From a virus (lineage: Duplodnaviria > Caudoviricetes), in the IMG/VR virus record IMGVR_UViG_3300030419_002074, positions 1 to 61,789 of that record: 61,789 nucleotides of DNA; one strand, written 5' to 3'. The notes under the pieces are model-generated. The model worked only from the letters and a program-made list of their open reading frames with translations, was not told the origin of the DNA and made no database searches. Below, piece by piece: positions 37,018-46,625 of this stretch. The position numbers and the translations under genes were made by a program. Position 1 is the first letter of the stretch; each line of letters begins with the position of its first letter.

Positions 37018-38421
37018 GTGCCAACACCTATAATCAACCCGCCAAACAGCAGGGTATTCTACGCCTGTCAAGCTGTTTTGTATAAAGAGAGGCAAACAAC
37101 TACCACCGGTGGGAACGATGTTCCTACATCAAATGCGTTCTTGACGGGCGTGCAGTCCATTGGTATAGATTCAGAGTTTCCCTTTACACCATATGATGAC
37201 TTAGGAAGATTTCAGAAAAAGTACGGATCTTATGGACAGCAGCTGTTTACTATTAATATTTCAAGAGTTCTTTCTAACCCCTCGACAACTAGCGATGGAG
37301 GAACAGCCGATCTCGGAGAGCCGTTTTACAAGGTCACACCTAGCAACGATTATGAAGCGACACACATGTTAGCTAATGCGAATTTAGGTGCGTGCGGTCT
37401 GAGCACCGGCCTACGTAACTACGACATAACGGTAGTATATGGCAGCGATGGTAACGAATTCATGGATGGAGGTTTATCTTCCGGTGAGGTCTTTATGTCA
37501 ACCACATACAGAAACTGTATACTCACAAGTATTTCTTACAATTTTTCTGTAGGGGGAACGGTTACAGAAAATATTACGCTAATCAGCAAGGTGGCAACAC
37601 AAGACACCCAAACATCAGGATTTACTAACTTATTGGGGACTGCCAAAGACGGCGAAGGAAATAATGTAGTTATAGAAGCAGACACCTTAAAAGGGCGAGA
37701 TATCGACTTTGCAAGCTGTATCTTGCCTGTAGAGGTCGAAAGAATGTTTAAACTAGGTGCCGAAGCAGACAACTGGCAGGGATTTGACGACAACATTTTA
37801 GGTCTACAGTCTATAGAGCTAAATGTTGACATTGAATACGTGGATTTGCCAGATATTGGTTTATGGAGAGGAAGCAATATTAACAATCAGACAGCCGCTG
37901 GCGATGATGACACTCTGCCAACATACGCTGTTGGAGGACAAGAAGCTAGAAGAGCAGAGGTAAATCTGTTCAGACAAGTTGGCGTTCCGGTAGGTGTTTC
38001 TTTTTCCTTCACTGGAATAGCATCGGCACAATATAGAGGCGATATTGCGGCCATCGCAGACGGTTCAACACGGCAAGATTTTGAATTAACCGATACAACC
38101 TTTACTAAAATGGACTCTATTGAGACTGACAGTCAAGCCGCAGTTGATGGAGTTAATTCAACTAGACCTTATTATGAGGCAAACAGAGAGTTTAGATTGG
38201 TAGCCAAAAAAGGTAATTACGGAGCTAGCGGCTGGACCGGTGCAAATTACTGGCAGTGGCATTTAGGTCAAAAAAATTACCTAACAGCACTATCTTACAG
38301 CGGGGGAGACGCGGGAGGTGGAAATGTAGAAGTAACACTTAATTATCAGAATGATCACAGTGACTTTGTAGTATTCAAAGATACCGCCCTAAAGACTATA
38401 CAAACTACAAAAACATATTAG
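37018..38421 (+). CDS. putative structural (tail tube-like) protein
   Basis: beta-rich T/G/S composition; internal duplication GVQSIGI/GLQSIEL and LTSISY/LTALSY. Confidence 0.5.
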   Translation: MPTPIINPPNSRVFYACQAVLYKERQTTTTGGNDVPTSNAFLTGVQSIGIDSEFPFTPYDDLGRFQKKYGSYGQQLFTINISRVLSNPSTTSDGGTADLGEPFYKVTPSNDYEATHMLANANLGACGLSTGLRNYDITVVYGSDGNEFMDGGLSSGEVFMSTTYRNCILTSISYNFSVGGTVTENITLISKVATQDTQTSGFTNLLGTAKDGEGNNVVIEADTLKGRDIDFASCILPVEVERMFKLGAEADNWQGFDDNILGLQSIELNVDIEYVDLPDIGLWRGSNINNQTAAGDDDTLPTYAVGGQEARRAEVNLFRQVGVPVGVSFSFTGIASAQYRGDIAAIADGSTRQDFELTDTTFTKMDSIETDSQAAVDGVNSTRPYYEANREFRLVAKKGNYGASGWTGANYWQWHLGQKNYLTALSYSGGDAGGGNVEVTLNYQNDHSDFVVFKDTALKTIQTTKTY

Positions 38422-38437
38422 AGTTGAAAGGCCAAGC

Positions 38438-39103
38438 ATGGCGAGGAAGAGAACAAAGAAACAACCCATTAGACCCTCTCGCAAGAAATTAAAGCCTAAA
38501 ACAGAAAACCAAGCAGAATACATAAGAGGAATGTCAGAAGCTGATGTTACCTTTTGCTCTGGCCCTGCGGGTTCTGGAAAAACAGCAGTCGCTGTAGGAC
38601 TGGCTTGCGAATACATTTTACAAAATAAAGTTGATAAAATCATTATAACTAGGCCAGTCGTAGAGTCTGGAAGAGGAATCGGATTTTTGCCCGGAACCCT
38701 AACAGAAAAAGTCCACCCCTATATGGTACCGATTATTGAGGAGATGAAGCTGTATTTAGGTTTAGAGACTTTTAATTCAATGAGAGCTACAAATATAATA
38801 GAGATATGTCCGCTGGAATACATGCGTGGTAGAAACTTCCATAACGCATTCATGATTCTAGACGAAGCACAGAACGCAACATTTGAACAGATAAAAATGT
38901 TTCTAACAAGAATTGGAATGGCATCCAAAGCCGTTGTTAACGGCGACTTGGATCAGACAGACCTAAAGGGCGACTCATACGGAGGGCTTCATGACTGCAT
39001 GGATTCTCTGCAAAATCTCAACGGTGTAGCCATATGTAAACTCAATGAAGAAGATATTGTAAGAAATGACATTATATCAAAAATCCTACAAAGATTGAAA
39101 TAA
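38438..39103 (+). CDS. phoH: PhoH-like ATPase
   Basis: GPAGSGKT, RPVVE, GFLPG, YMRGR, DEAQN, GDLDQTD. Confidence 0.95.
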   Translation: MARKRTKKQPIRPSRKKLKPKTENQAEYIRGMSEADVTFCSGPAGSGKTAVAVGLACEYILQNKVDKIIITRPVVESGRGIGFLPGTLTEKVHPYMVPIIEEMKLYLGLETFNSMRATNIIEICPLEYMRGRNFHNAFMILDEAQNATFEQIKMFLTRIGMASKAVVNGDLDQTDLKGDSYGGLHDCMDSLQNLNGVAICKLNEEDIVRNDIISKILQRLK

Positions 39104-39159
39104 AGTTTGCATTTTCGTTCGTTATACGCTATAATATAGAAATTGAAAAGGAGTTAAAG

Positions 39160-39504
39160 ATGCCTCGTTACGACTTTGAATGCACTCCATGTGCATACTA
39201 CACAGAGATTACACAGTCTATGGACGCACCGTCTGTGATAGAGTGTCCTGTATGTGGACAGCAGACATTGCAGAAAGCTTTTATCACACCCCCTCGAATT
39301 TTTGTAAGAGGGGAAGCAAAAACTGTGGGCCAACTGGCCGAAAGAAACTATAAAGATATGGGCTTTTATGAAAAATCAGAGAGAGTAGAAAAAGATAATA
39401 AGGACGGTATGACCACAGAGCAGAAAGAAAAAAGAAAGCTGCATCAGAAAATAACATCCATGACACCAGAACAAAAAATTAAATGGATAAAGAACGGTGA
39501 CTGA
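39160..39504 (+). CDS. FmdB-family Zn-ribbon protein
   Basis: MPRYDFECTPC...CPVCG. Confidence 0.8.
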   Translation: MPRYDFECTPCAYYTEITQSMDAPSVIECPVCGQQTLQKAFITPPRIFVRGEAKTVGQLAERNYKDMGFYEKSERVEKDNKDGMTTEQKEKRKLHQKITSMTPEQKIKWIKNGD

Positions 39505-39775
39505 TAAGAAAAATCCAATAGTTATAGACGGTCAAGCCTTCCCAGATATGGAAAAAAGACTACACCCTCATATAGCTATCATTACTATGAAAGTAGACGT
39601 AAGAGCCATCATGCCAAATGGCATGTTTGACCAGTATATTATGGGAGATCAGGCACTACGTAAGTATGGACTAGCAACAAAGGGGCAGTTTATAATCAAA
39701 GGCCACTCAGAAGGCGACTGTCTAAACAAACTTAAAAAAGTATTGGAGGATATTGATGGCAAGACACGAGAATGA
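39497..39775 (+). CDS. hypothetical protein
   Basis: 92-aa coupled ORF. Confidence 0.6.
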   Translation: MTDKKNPIVIDGQAFPDMEKRLHPHIAIITMKVDVRAIMPNGMFDQYIMGDQALRKYGLATKGQFIIKGHSEGDCLNKLKKVLEDIDGKTRE

Positions 39776-40109
39776 AGATGTATCTGACCTTAAGCTGCCG
39801 CCAGTTAATGAGACAACCGTTGAGTTTTTTGGAGAAAGAGGCGAAAAGGTAGAACCCAACGTCGGGCTATCTAAATCTGTATCTACGTATCTCAACTACG
39901 AGATATTATCTATGCAGTATTTTATACGTGTCGGTAGAGGAGAAATCATTGATCCATACGGTGCAGACTTTGGATATACGAAGTCTAAGTTATCATCAAT
40001 GTATAAATTTAAAAAAGTTTCAAAAGAAGCTTTTGACAGCTATCAAACGTATTTAAAAACTAAGAATAGACTACACTTTACTAAAGCCAGAAGACTTGTT
40101 ATGGAGTAA
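39756..40109 (+). CDS. hypothetical protein
   Basis: GGAGG RBS. Confidence 0.65.
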   Translation: MARHENEDVSDLKLPPVNETTVEFFGERGEKVEPNVGLSKSVSTYLNYEILSMQYFIRVGRGEIIDPYGADFGYTKSKLSSMYKFKKVSKEAFDSYQTYLKTKNRLHFTKARRLVME

Positions 40110-40113
40110 AAAT

Positions 40114-40413
40114 ATGAAAAAAGGACCACTTTCCAACGAAGAAAAGCAATTTGTGACCGATAATGTCGGTCAATTCGCTAACGTAGAAGATCTAGCAGAA
40201 AACATGAATAGGTCTGTTAGTATTCTTCAGAAATTTATTGATGGTTTACCACCTAAAGGTCAAGATGTCAGCGGATTGTTTGCAAGAAAAGAAGATCGTG
40301 GAGTTACCGTGATGACAGAGGCGGCTTCTATGGCTTCGGACGAAAACAAAGCGGAGCGTTCCACATCAGCACCTCCAAGATTCAGACAGTATATCCACAA
40401 AATCAAGGAATAG
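40114..40413 (+). CDS. hypothetical protein with HTH-like N-terminus
   Basis: LSNEEKQFV...EDLAENMNRSVS. Confidence 0.6.
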   Translation: MKKGPLSNEEKQFVTDNVGQFANVEDLAENMNRSVSILQKFIDGLPPKGQDVSGLFARKEDRGVTVMTEAASMASDENKAERSTSAPPRFRQYIHKIKE

Positions 40414-40419
40414 TATACG

Positions 40420-40950
40420 ATGGAATTAGGTACTCATGTATGCACCCATTTCGATGGTTACATGAAAAGGCTCTGTCACGAAGAACTGATGATTAGCTGG
40501 CAGATCACGCTTACCGATGGTATTGTGATATATGGAGATTATGAACGTCCCGGTTTACCTAACCCTTGGGAAAGACTGCGGATGCACTGTGCTCTACATA
40601 ACGTATTGCCTGCAAAGATTGAACTGTATATGTTTGGTGCTGAACACAAAATATTTTTTGAAGACCCTGAAGGGCTAGATGGGGTCTCAATTATGCGTGG
40701 AATAGCCAAAGAGCAATCTATGGACGGCCAACAATCACAATCTTATCAGACATTAACTGTGTGTTTGCTAAATGATTCGTGTGAGTATATAGATGTAGCT
40801 AAGTACACTTGGCCGCACAACGACTTTGAACAGAAAGAATCTAAAAGAAAGCTATCTGTCAATAACTTGGAGAATATGATTTTTAAAAATGGATCAAAAA
40901 AATTGCTCAACCCCGAAGTTCAAAAGCATATCAACGTCGAAACCGTGTAG
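40420..40950 (+). CDS. hypothetical protein
   Basis: 176-aa ORF. Confidence 0.7.
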   Translation: MELGTHVCTHFDGYMKRLCHEELMISWQITLTDGIVIYGDYERPGLPNPWERLRMHCALHNVLPAKIELYMFGAEHKIFFEDPEGLDGVSIMRGIAKEQSMDGQQSQSYQTLTVCLLNDSCEYIDVAKYTWPHNDFEQKESKRKLSVNNLENMIFKNGSKKLLNPEVQKHINVETV

Positions 40951-41386
40951 TGCCGCCCAGTACATAGCCGAGATGGTGTGTATTAGGAGAAGCGAACGGG
41001 ACAACAAAGGTAGCCTTGAATATAAATTCTGGAACAACTCTAAGAACGAGGAATATCAAACACAGATTAGAGTTGCATCTAAACTAATAAAGAAATTTGG
41101 ATCGGAGGCTATACTACACTACCTGAACGGCTCGGGTAAAAATGTCTATTCTCTAGGCTTCCTGCACAAAAGCAAAAAGTTCGTTTTGCCGCTAGACTTT
41201 GTAAAAGACGGTATAGAAAAGTCCAAAGAACTATTAGATAAACAAAGCAAGATAGAGAAAAAAATTGTAGATTTACCTAAAGGTGAATACAAACCAAGAA
41301 AAACGATTCCACAAAAAAATACACTTATGTCGAAACTGAGGAAAGTAGATGGCAACAAAAACAAAAACAAAAACAAAGACTCCTGA
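40889..41386 (+). CDS. hypothetical protein
   Basis: 165-aa ORF upstream of recA. Confidence 0.65.
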   Translation: MDQKNCSTPKFKSISTSKPCSAAQYIAEMVCIRRSERDNKGSLEYKFWNNSKNEEYQTQIRVASKLIKKFGSEAILHYLNGSGKNVYSLGFLHKSKKFVLPLDFVKDGIEKSKELLDKQSKIEKKIVDLPKGEYKPRKTIPQKNTLMSKLRKVDGNKNKNKNKDS

Positions 41387-42443
41387 ATATCTAAAAAAAA
41401 TAATTAAAGATTATGGTGAGATAATACGTAGCGGCACCGATGTGCTTGAGCAAAAAAAGAACTTCAAAACCATTTCTGTGAGTCCAGCTATAGATATTGC
41501 ACTTGGCGGTGGAATTAGAGAGGGTAGCTGGCTGACGCTTACCGGAGATCCAAAATCCGGCAAGACAACCACAGCCATGCAGATCGCATCAAATTGCCAG
41601 AAAGAAGGGCGTCCGATTATATATCTAGATGCTGAAGGTCGTCTTAAAGATATGAACTTTGAGGTTTCGGATTTAGATCCTAGCAAGATGACTATCGTAG
41701 CACCAGAAGATAAGCCAATTCCAGCAGAAGACTTTCTAGATGTGGCGTACAAGATGATGAGTCACCCTGACTACTACGGGGCAGTCCTTATCATTGATTC
41801 TATATCTTCGTTAATGCCTAAAAAGGAGTTGGATGGAGACTTTAGTCCCGGCAGAGCTGGACTACCTAAAATTCTTTCCATATTTACAAAGAAGATAGGA
41901 CAACTATTACCACGTCAGCACGGTCTTATTATTGCTATTACCCACTATATTGCAAACACTGGGGGCTTTGGCAAGGCCAAGCTTGCCGATGGTGGGAACA
42001 AAATTCAGTATCAGGCAGATACAAGAATGGAAATTGCTGGAGGTGGAGAAAAGGTATCTGCGGTATCTCCTTGGAGCAATCCTTCCGGAGACAGAATAGG
42101 TCAGGTTGTGAACTGGAAAATAATATGCTCATCTATGGGACCGCCGGGAAGATCCGTTCAAAGCTACATACGTTATGGTCACGGAATAGATAAAACCCAA
42201 GAAATACTAATGCTTGCATGTGATCTGGGATTAATAGACAAGGCCGGTGCTTGGTTTACATGTAGCTTCATGAGCTTCTTCAAAGATTTAGCAAAGGAAA
42301 TTAAACCTGATATAGATGTGGAAAATGAGGAAGAACTAAATAAAGCGTTTAAGTTTCAGGGTCAGGAGAATCTATATGTGTTTTTGTCTGAAAATCCAAA
42401 GACCGTTGAAATTCTTGAATCATCAATTAAGGGTATGTTATAA
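41349..42443 (+). CDS. recA: RecA/UvsX-like recombinase
   Basis: IDIALGGG, GDPKSGKTT, YLDAEG, IIDSISSL, GLIDKAGAWF. Confidence 0.9.
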   Translation: MATKTKTKTKTPEYLKKIIKDYGEIIRSGTDVLEQKKNFKTISVSPAIDIALGGGIREGSWLTLTGDPKSGKTTTAMQIASNCQKEGRPIIYLDAEGRLKDMNFEVSDLDPSKMTIVAPEDKPIPAEDFLDVAYKMMSHPDYYGAVLIIDSISSLMPKKELDGDFSPGRAGLPKILSIFTKKIGQLLPRQHGLIIAITHYIANTGGFGKAKLADGGNKIQYQADTRMEIAGGGEKVSAVSPWSNPSGDRIGQVVNWKIICSSMGPPGRSVQSYIRYGHGIDKTQEILMLACDLGLIDKAGAWFTCSFMSFFKDLAKEIKPDIDVENEEELNKAFKFQGQENLYVFLSENPKTVEILESSIKGML

Positions 42444-42457
42444 AGGAACGATATGAA

Positions 42458-42664
42458 ATGCCACTATTTAAAAAAGATAAAGACAACAAAAAAGAGGACA
42501 GAAAAGACGATAGAAAAGATAAGGTAGAAAGTAGGAGGAACTACAGGCTTGAAAAAATCAATGCCTTGAAAGAAAAAATCTATGCCGTTGCCGCTAAAAG
42601 AAAATGGCTATTCTTGATTATTGCAGCAGCGATTGCAGCTTATCTCGTATTTAAGTTTGTATAG
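42458..42664 (+). CDS. small C-terminally anchored membrane protein
   Basis: charged N-terminus, C-terminal TM. Confidence 0.65.
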   Translation: MPLFKKDKDNKKEDRKDDRKDKVESRRNYRLEKINALKEKIYAVAAKRKWLFLIIAAAIAAYLVFKFV

Positions 42665-42674
42665 GAGTATTGAA

Positions 42675-43898
42675 ATGAATTGGGAGCATTTACACAAACA
42701 GTCAAAAGTAGTTGATCTACATAACCACGCCATACTTAAGAAGTTCTTGCTAGACAGAGATCTAACAACTAGTAAGACTAAATTTTTGGCTTCATTGTTT
42801 AAGAGGGCTTTCTGGCCACTAAGTCAGAGAAGTACGTTCCCACTGATTAAAAAGGGTGGCGTCGATGTGGTGTTATCTACTTGTTACGTTCCTGAGAAAG
42901 AATGGGTAGACGATCAGGGGCTTGTTAAATTAGCACTAAAGTTCGCACCAAAAACCAAAAAAAGAGTTTTTGACCAGTTCTACTTCGATGCCACAGTAGC
43001 AATGATGGACTCTATAGAGTCGGAGATAGATAAGTATAACGACACTTTTGTAGGAGGTCCGGACGATGGTGCCTTCATTAAGTTGGTCAAGAATAAGAAC
43101 GAACTCATTGATTGCTTGGCTGACAATGATATTGCTATAATACACTCCATAGAAGGAGCACACAGCCTAGAGGGTATTGACTGCGAATCTTCTAATGACA
43201 ACTCTGTAGTCGAGGCCGAAGTTTTGCAGCACCTTGATTATTTTGCGGAGCGTGGCGTTGCCTATTTGACACTAGCACACTTTTATCCTAACAAGGTTGC
43301 TCATCCGGTATTTCCATATCCAACTTACGGTATTAAAAGAAGCAACTGGAAAAAACTAATGGCGGGATGGGATATGAATAAAGGCCTTACCGCTTTAGGT
43401 GCCAAGGTCGTACAGAGAATGATAGATCTGGGTATGCTTATAGATATTGCTCATTGCACCCCTAAAGCTAGAAAAGAAATATATGAGATAGTTGGAGACA
43501 GACAAAACCTTGTTATTTCTAGCCACTCTGGATGCTTTGAAATTAATCGTGATCCATATAATCTAGAAGACTGGGAAATAAAATGGATCGCAGATCATGG
43601 TGGTGTGGTTGGAATTATCTTTATGAACTACTGGATTAGTCCTATTGACACTCCGCTAGGCATGAAGTACATTGAACAAACAATTAGTCATATGCGAGAT
43701 GTTGCCGGACCCCATGTAATTGGATTGGGTACAGACTATGACGGATTTACCGACCCTCCTGATGAGATGGTTGACATTTCAGAACTTCCTAGACTAACGA
43801 GATATTTACATTCTTTAGAAAGATACTCCGAAGATGAAATCAAGGGATTTCTTGGAGGCAACTCTTTGAATACACTTATAAACGGATGGGGGCAATGA
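42675..43898 (+). CDS. membrane dipeptidase (peptidase M19, amidohydrolase)
   Basis: DLHNH, SIEG, LTLAH, IDIAH, SSH, GTDYDG, LGGN. Confidence 0.88.
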   Translation: MNWEHLHKQSKVVDLHNHAILKKFLLDRDLTTSKTKFLASLFKRAFWPLSQRSTFPLIKKGGVDVVLSTCYVPEKEWVDDQGLVKLALKFAPKTKKRVFDQFYFDATVAMMDSIESEIDKYNDTFVGGPDDGAFIKLVKNKNELIDCLADNDIAIIHSIEGAHSLEGIDCESSNDNSVVEAEVLQHLDYFAERGVAYLTLAHFYPNKVAHPVFPYPTYGIKRSNWKKLMAGWDMNKGLTALGAKVVQRMIDLGMLIDIAHCTPKARKEIYEIVGDRQNLVISSHSGCFEINRDPYNLEDWEIKWIADHGGVVGIIFMNYWISPIDTPLGMKYIEQTISHMRDVAGPHVIGLGTDYDGFTDPPDEMVDISELPRLTRYLHSLERYSEDEIKGFLGGNSLNTLINGWGQ

Positions 43899-44048
43899 TG
43901 TCTATAGAAACACACGTTAAATGGATTGCATCCGAGGCTCACTGGGCTGTATATGATGAAGTTGACACTATAGTCGGCTTTTATATAACCTACGGTGAGG
44001 CCATACAAGCTTACAAAGATTATTGCAAAAAAAATTTTCCGGAGTTTT

Positions 44049-44300
44049 ATGATGACTAAATTTAAATTTGAAAAATACGATGATCCTTTCAGGGCTTTTA
44101 ACATACAGATGTCTATCATATGCGACCTAGAACAAGGAGGTAAGATAGACGAGAATGAGGCTTTTGAGCAGGTTAAGGCACTATACAAACAATTTAAACA
44201 CTACTTCAAGCACGAACATGAGGCTAGTTCTGTTTTAGAGAACAAGGCATATTACGATAATAACAAATACGTATACAAAGAAGAAAAGGAAACAGAGTAG
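44049..44300 (+). CDS. DUF7219-like small protein
   Basis: IICDLEQGGKIDENEAFEQVKALYKQ. Confidence 0.55.
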   Translation: MMTKFKFEKYDDPFRAFNIQMSIICDLEQGGKIDENEAFEQVKALYKQFKHYFKHEHEASSVLENKAYYDNNKYVYKEEKETE

Positions 44301-44416
44301 ATGGAAGCGGTATTTGCCGGTTTAACGGCTTGGACTATAGAGATCGGTATAGCCTGCCTTGGTCTCTATTTACTAAAAAGAGAAGAAAATAAAGTGATCC
44401 AAAGACGGAAGAAAAA

Positions 44417-45436
44417 ATGAATTACACAGATCTGTACACAACACTACCACGACACATAGAGCAGAGTAACAGGGAGATAAATAATGTCTCCTTTTGCAAT
44501 CTTTACTCCTGTTTAAAAAATATGTATTCCCACAATTCAAAGAAAGATAGGGTTGTGTTTTTTACAAAACACGCTTCAGAAAAAACAATAGACAAGTTTG
44601 TAAAAGACAAGTCTATAATAGATGCTATTGGAGATATTGCTGGCGAAAATCTGGTCACGATATCCGGAGACTGGGGTATATACAGAGATGAAGATGGTTA
44701 TGTTGGACAAAGTTCAAGCAAAAATTTTAGAGTAACTATTCCGGGGCTAGAAAAAATGTTTGACAGGTTTGATAGCTGGTTCTGTCCGCACTTAGAAGAG
44801 GACGTGCATGAGAAGATGTACCCAATCCCCATCAATATATTCACTCACGACTGGCAGGAGCTTGTAAGTAAAGATATAGAAGAATTAAGACAGATTGAGA
44901 AACCTAATCTTTGTTACGCTAACTTTTGTATGACCTCTTTATACAGAACAACATTAGCTAAATGGATTCCTAAGCAAGACTACATTGATTATCTGTTTCC
45001 TAAAAGGTTCGAGAAGATTGACGAATCAGTTTCAGATGACATACTTTCAGACAAGACTTTGGATCTGGAAGACTTTGCTACGACATTAGCCTCATATAGA
45101 TTTGCTATTGCACCGATTGGAAACGGTATAGATACACATAGGTTATGGGAATGTATATTGACAAACACGGTTCCTATTGTTCAAGACTCATTTTGCAACC
45201 GAGTTTTTTCAAAAATATGGCCTATGATTATAGTGCATAGATATGAATTTGATAATATTCAACAGAAGATGTGTGACTTTTCTAAAAAACATGGTGATTA
45301 TATAGAGTACGATTACTCTCTATTATTAAAGAAAAATTTTGACAAGCTACTTGAAAGATTAAAATATGAAAGTGATAGGGTTAGACGGGAGAGAGCACAA
45401 GTGGAACCCGTCGAGCAAATCGTCATCAAGTTCTAA
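44417..45436 (+). CDS. exostosin-like (GT47-type) glycosyltransferase
   Basis: YANF, FAIAPIGNGIDTHRLWECI...VPIV. Confidence 0.7.
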   Translation: MNYTDLYTTLPRHIEQSNREINNVSFCNLYSCLKNMYSHNSKKDRVVFFTKHASEKTIDKFVKDKSIIDAIGDIAGENLVTISGDWGIYRDEDGYVGQSSSKNFRVTIPGLEKMFDRFDSWFCPHLEEDVHEKMYPIPINIFTHDWQELVSKDIEELRQIEKPNLCYANFCMTSLYRTTLAKWIPKQDYIDYLFPKRFEKIDESVSDDILSDKTLDLEDFATTLASYRFAIAPIGNGIDTHRLWECILTNTVPIVQDSFCNRVFSKIWPMIIVHRYEFDNIQQKMCDFSKKHGDYIEYDYSLLLKKNFDKLLERLKYESDRVRRERAQVEPVEQIVIKF

Positions 45437-45773
45437 AAGATCAAATTTACATAAAAGTGCAAAAGAATTACTTGACATTCTGTTTCCGTATGATAGAATA
45501 CTAGAAGAGGTTTCGCTCGTCGGGACCAATAATGGTATTAGAAGAGGTACTCTTCGTGCTGATTTCTTTATACCAAATAGAAACCTAATGGTTGAGGTGC
45601 ATGGTGAACAACACTTCAAGTTTAATAAATTCTTCTTCAAGGACAAGCTATCATTTTTTAAAGCTCAGGCTAGAGATCGAGATAAAAAAGAGTGGTGCAA
45701 TCTAAACGATATAAGGTTAATAGAATTTAATTACGATGAGGATTGGGATGACTGGAGAAGAAAAGTTAGCTGA
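45366..45773 (+). CDS. Vsr/DUF559-like PD-(D/E)xK endonuclease
   Basis: LRADFFIP...VEVHGEQHF, RDRDKKEWC. Confidence 0.75.
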   Translation: MKVIGLDGREHKWNPSSKSSSSSKRSNLHKSAKELLDILFPYDRILEEVSLVGTNNGIRRGTLRADFFIPNRNLMVEVHGEQHFKFNKFFFKDKLSFFKAQARDRDKKEWCNLNDIRLIEFNYDEDWDDWRRKVS

Positions 45774-46209
45774 GTTTGTAGAGGCTATTGACTCGTGGGT
45801 AGAGTCTAAATACGTACACACCAGCAAACCAAGAGAGGAAGCTCCGAGAGCGTTGAGCTTTAAGAAGGACACCTTAAGAACGCTAACAAACGAAGAGTGT
45901 GCTTTTTATGCATACGAGCTATATGCCTATGCGGAATATATTGAAACACTAAGAACAAAAGAAAATGCAATTTTAGAATGGGCAGATTCCAGTATTTGGT
46001 ATATAATATCTACAGTTATGCAAAACTATGGAACACAGTATACAAAATGGCAGGAAAAGTATTACTCTGCCGTAAAGGAAAACCCACTAGCTTCCCAAAT
46101 ATTAAAAGTTAAAAATCATGCAGAAGCTAGAGTAAAGATTCTAAACGGAAAAGCCGATAGAATACAAAGCATGGCACAAATACTTAACAATCTATCTAAG
46201 AGGAGATAA
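45748..46209 (+). CDS. helical hypothetical protein (possibly UvsY-like)
   Basis: all-alpha, about 150 aa, in the replication block. Confidence 0.45.
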   Translation: MTGEEKLAEFVEAIDSWVESKYVHTSKPREEAPRALSFKKDTLRTLTNEECAFYAYELYAYAEYIETLRTKENAILEWADSSIWYIISTVMQNYGTQYTKWQEKYYSAVKENPLASQILKVKNHAEARVKILNGKADRIQSMAQILNNLSKRR

Positions 46210-46211
46210 GA

Positions 46212-46625
46212 ATGTCAGAACATCTAGAAGATTTCTTGGGAAGTCTTTCTCAAGAACAGAAGGACCGGCTGCTCCAAATGCTGGGCGATAGTCAATCGTC
46301 TCCTGAGCCTAAGCAGCCAGAGACAAAAAGTGTTGCGAGAGAACCTGAACAAGACTTTACAATGAAGATCAAGAAAGAGGGTGAAGAAGAAGGGAAGGTT
46401 ACAGGAGTTCCCGTTAACGAGATGCCAAGATTCAATAAGTTTGTAGACGATGGTACCGAACACAAAGACAAGCAAAACGAAACCCCAAGCCTATCGCTAA
46501 CAGAAAGAAAAAGACCACCCTTCAAAAAGGTCAGTCAGTTATGTTCGAGATGCAATCAAACGTTCGATGTGCATCCACAATTTGCTAGAGATTTTTATAT
46601 TTGCGACAAATGCCTAAAAAGATAG
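46212..46625 (+). CDS. Zn-ribbon protein upstream of helicase
   Basis: C-terminal CSRC...CDKC. Confidence 0.65.
   Translation: MSEHLEDFLGSLSQEQKDRLLQMLGDSQSSPEPKQPETKSVAREPEQDFTMKIKKEGEEEGKVTGVPVNEMPRFNKFVDDGTEHKDKQNETPSLSLTERKRPPFKKVSQLCSRCNQTFDVHPQFARDFYICDKCLKR

Noticed and set aside
41355-41378. ACAAAA x4 microsatellite at the recA start
   Set aside because: The 6-nt unit preserves both overlapping frames; no evidence of phase variation
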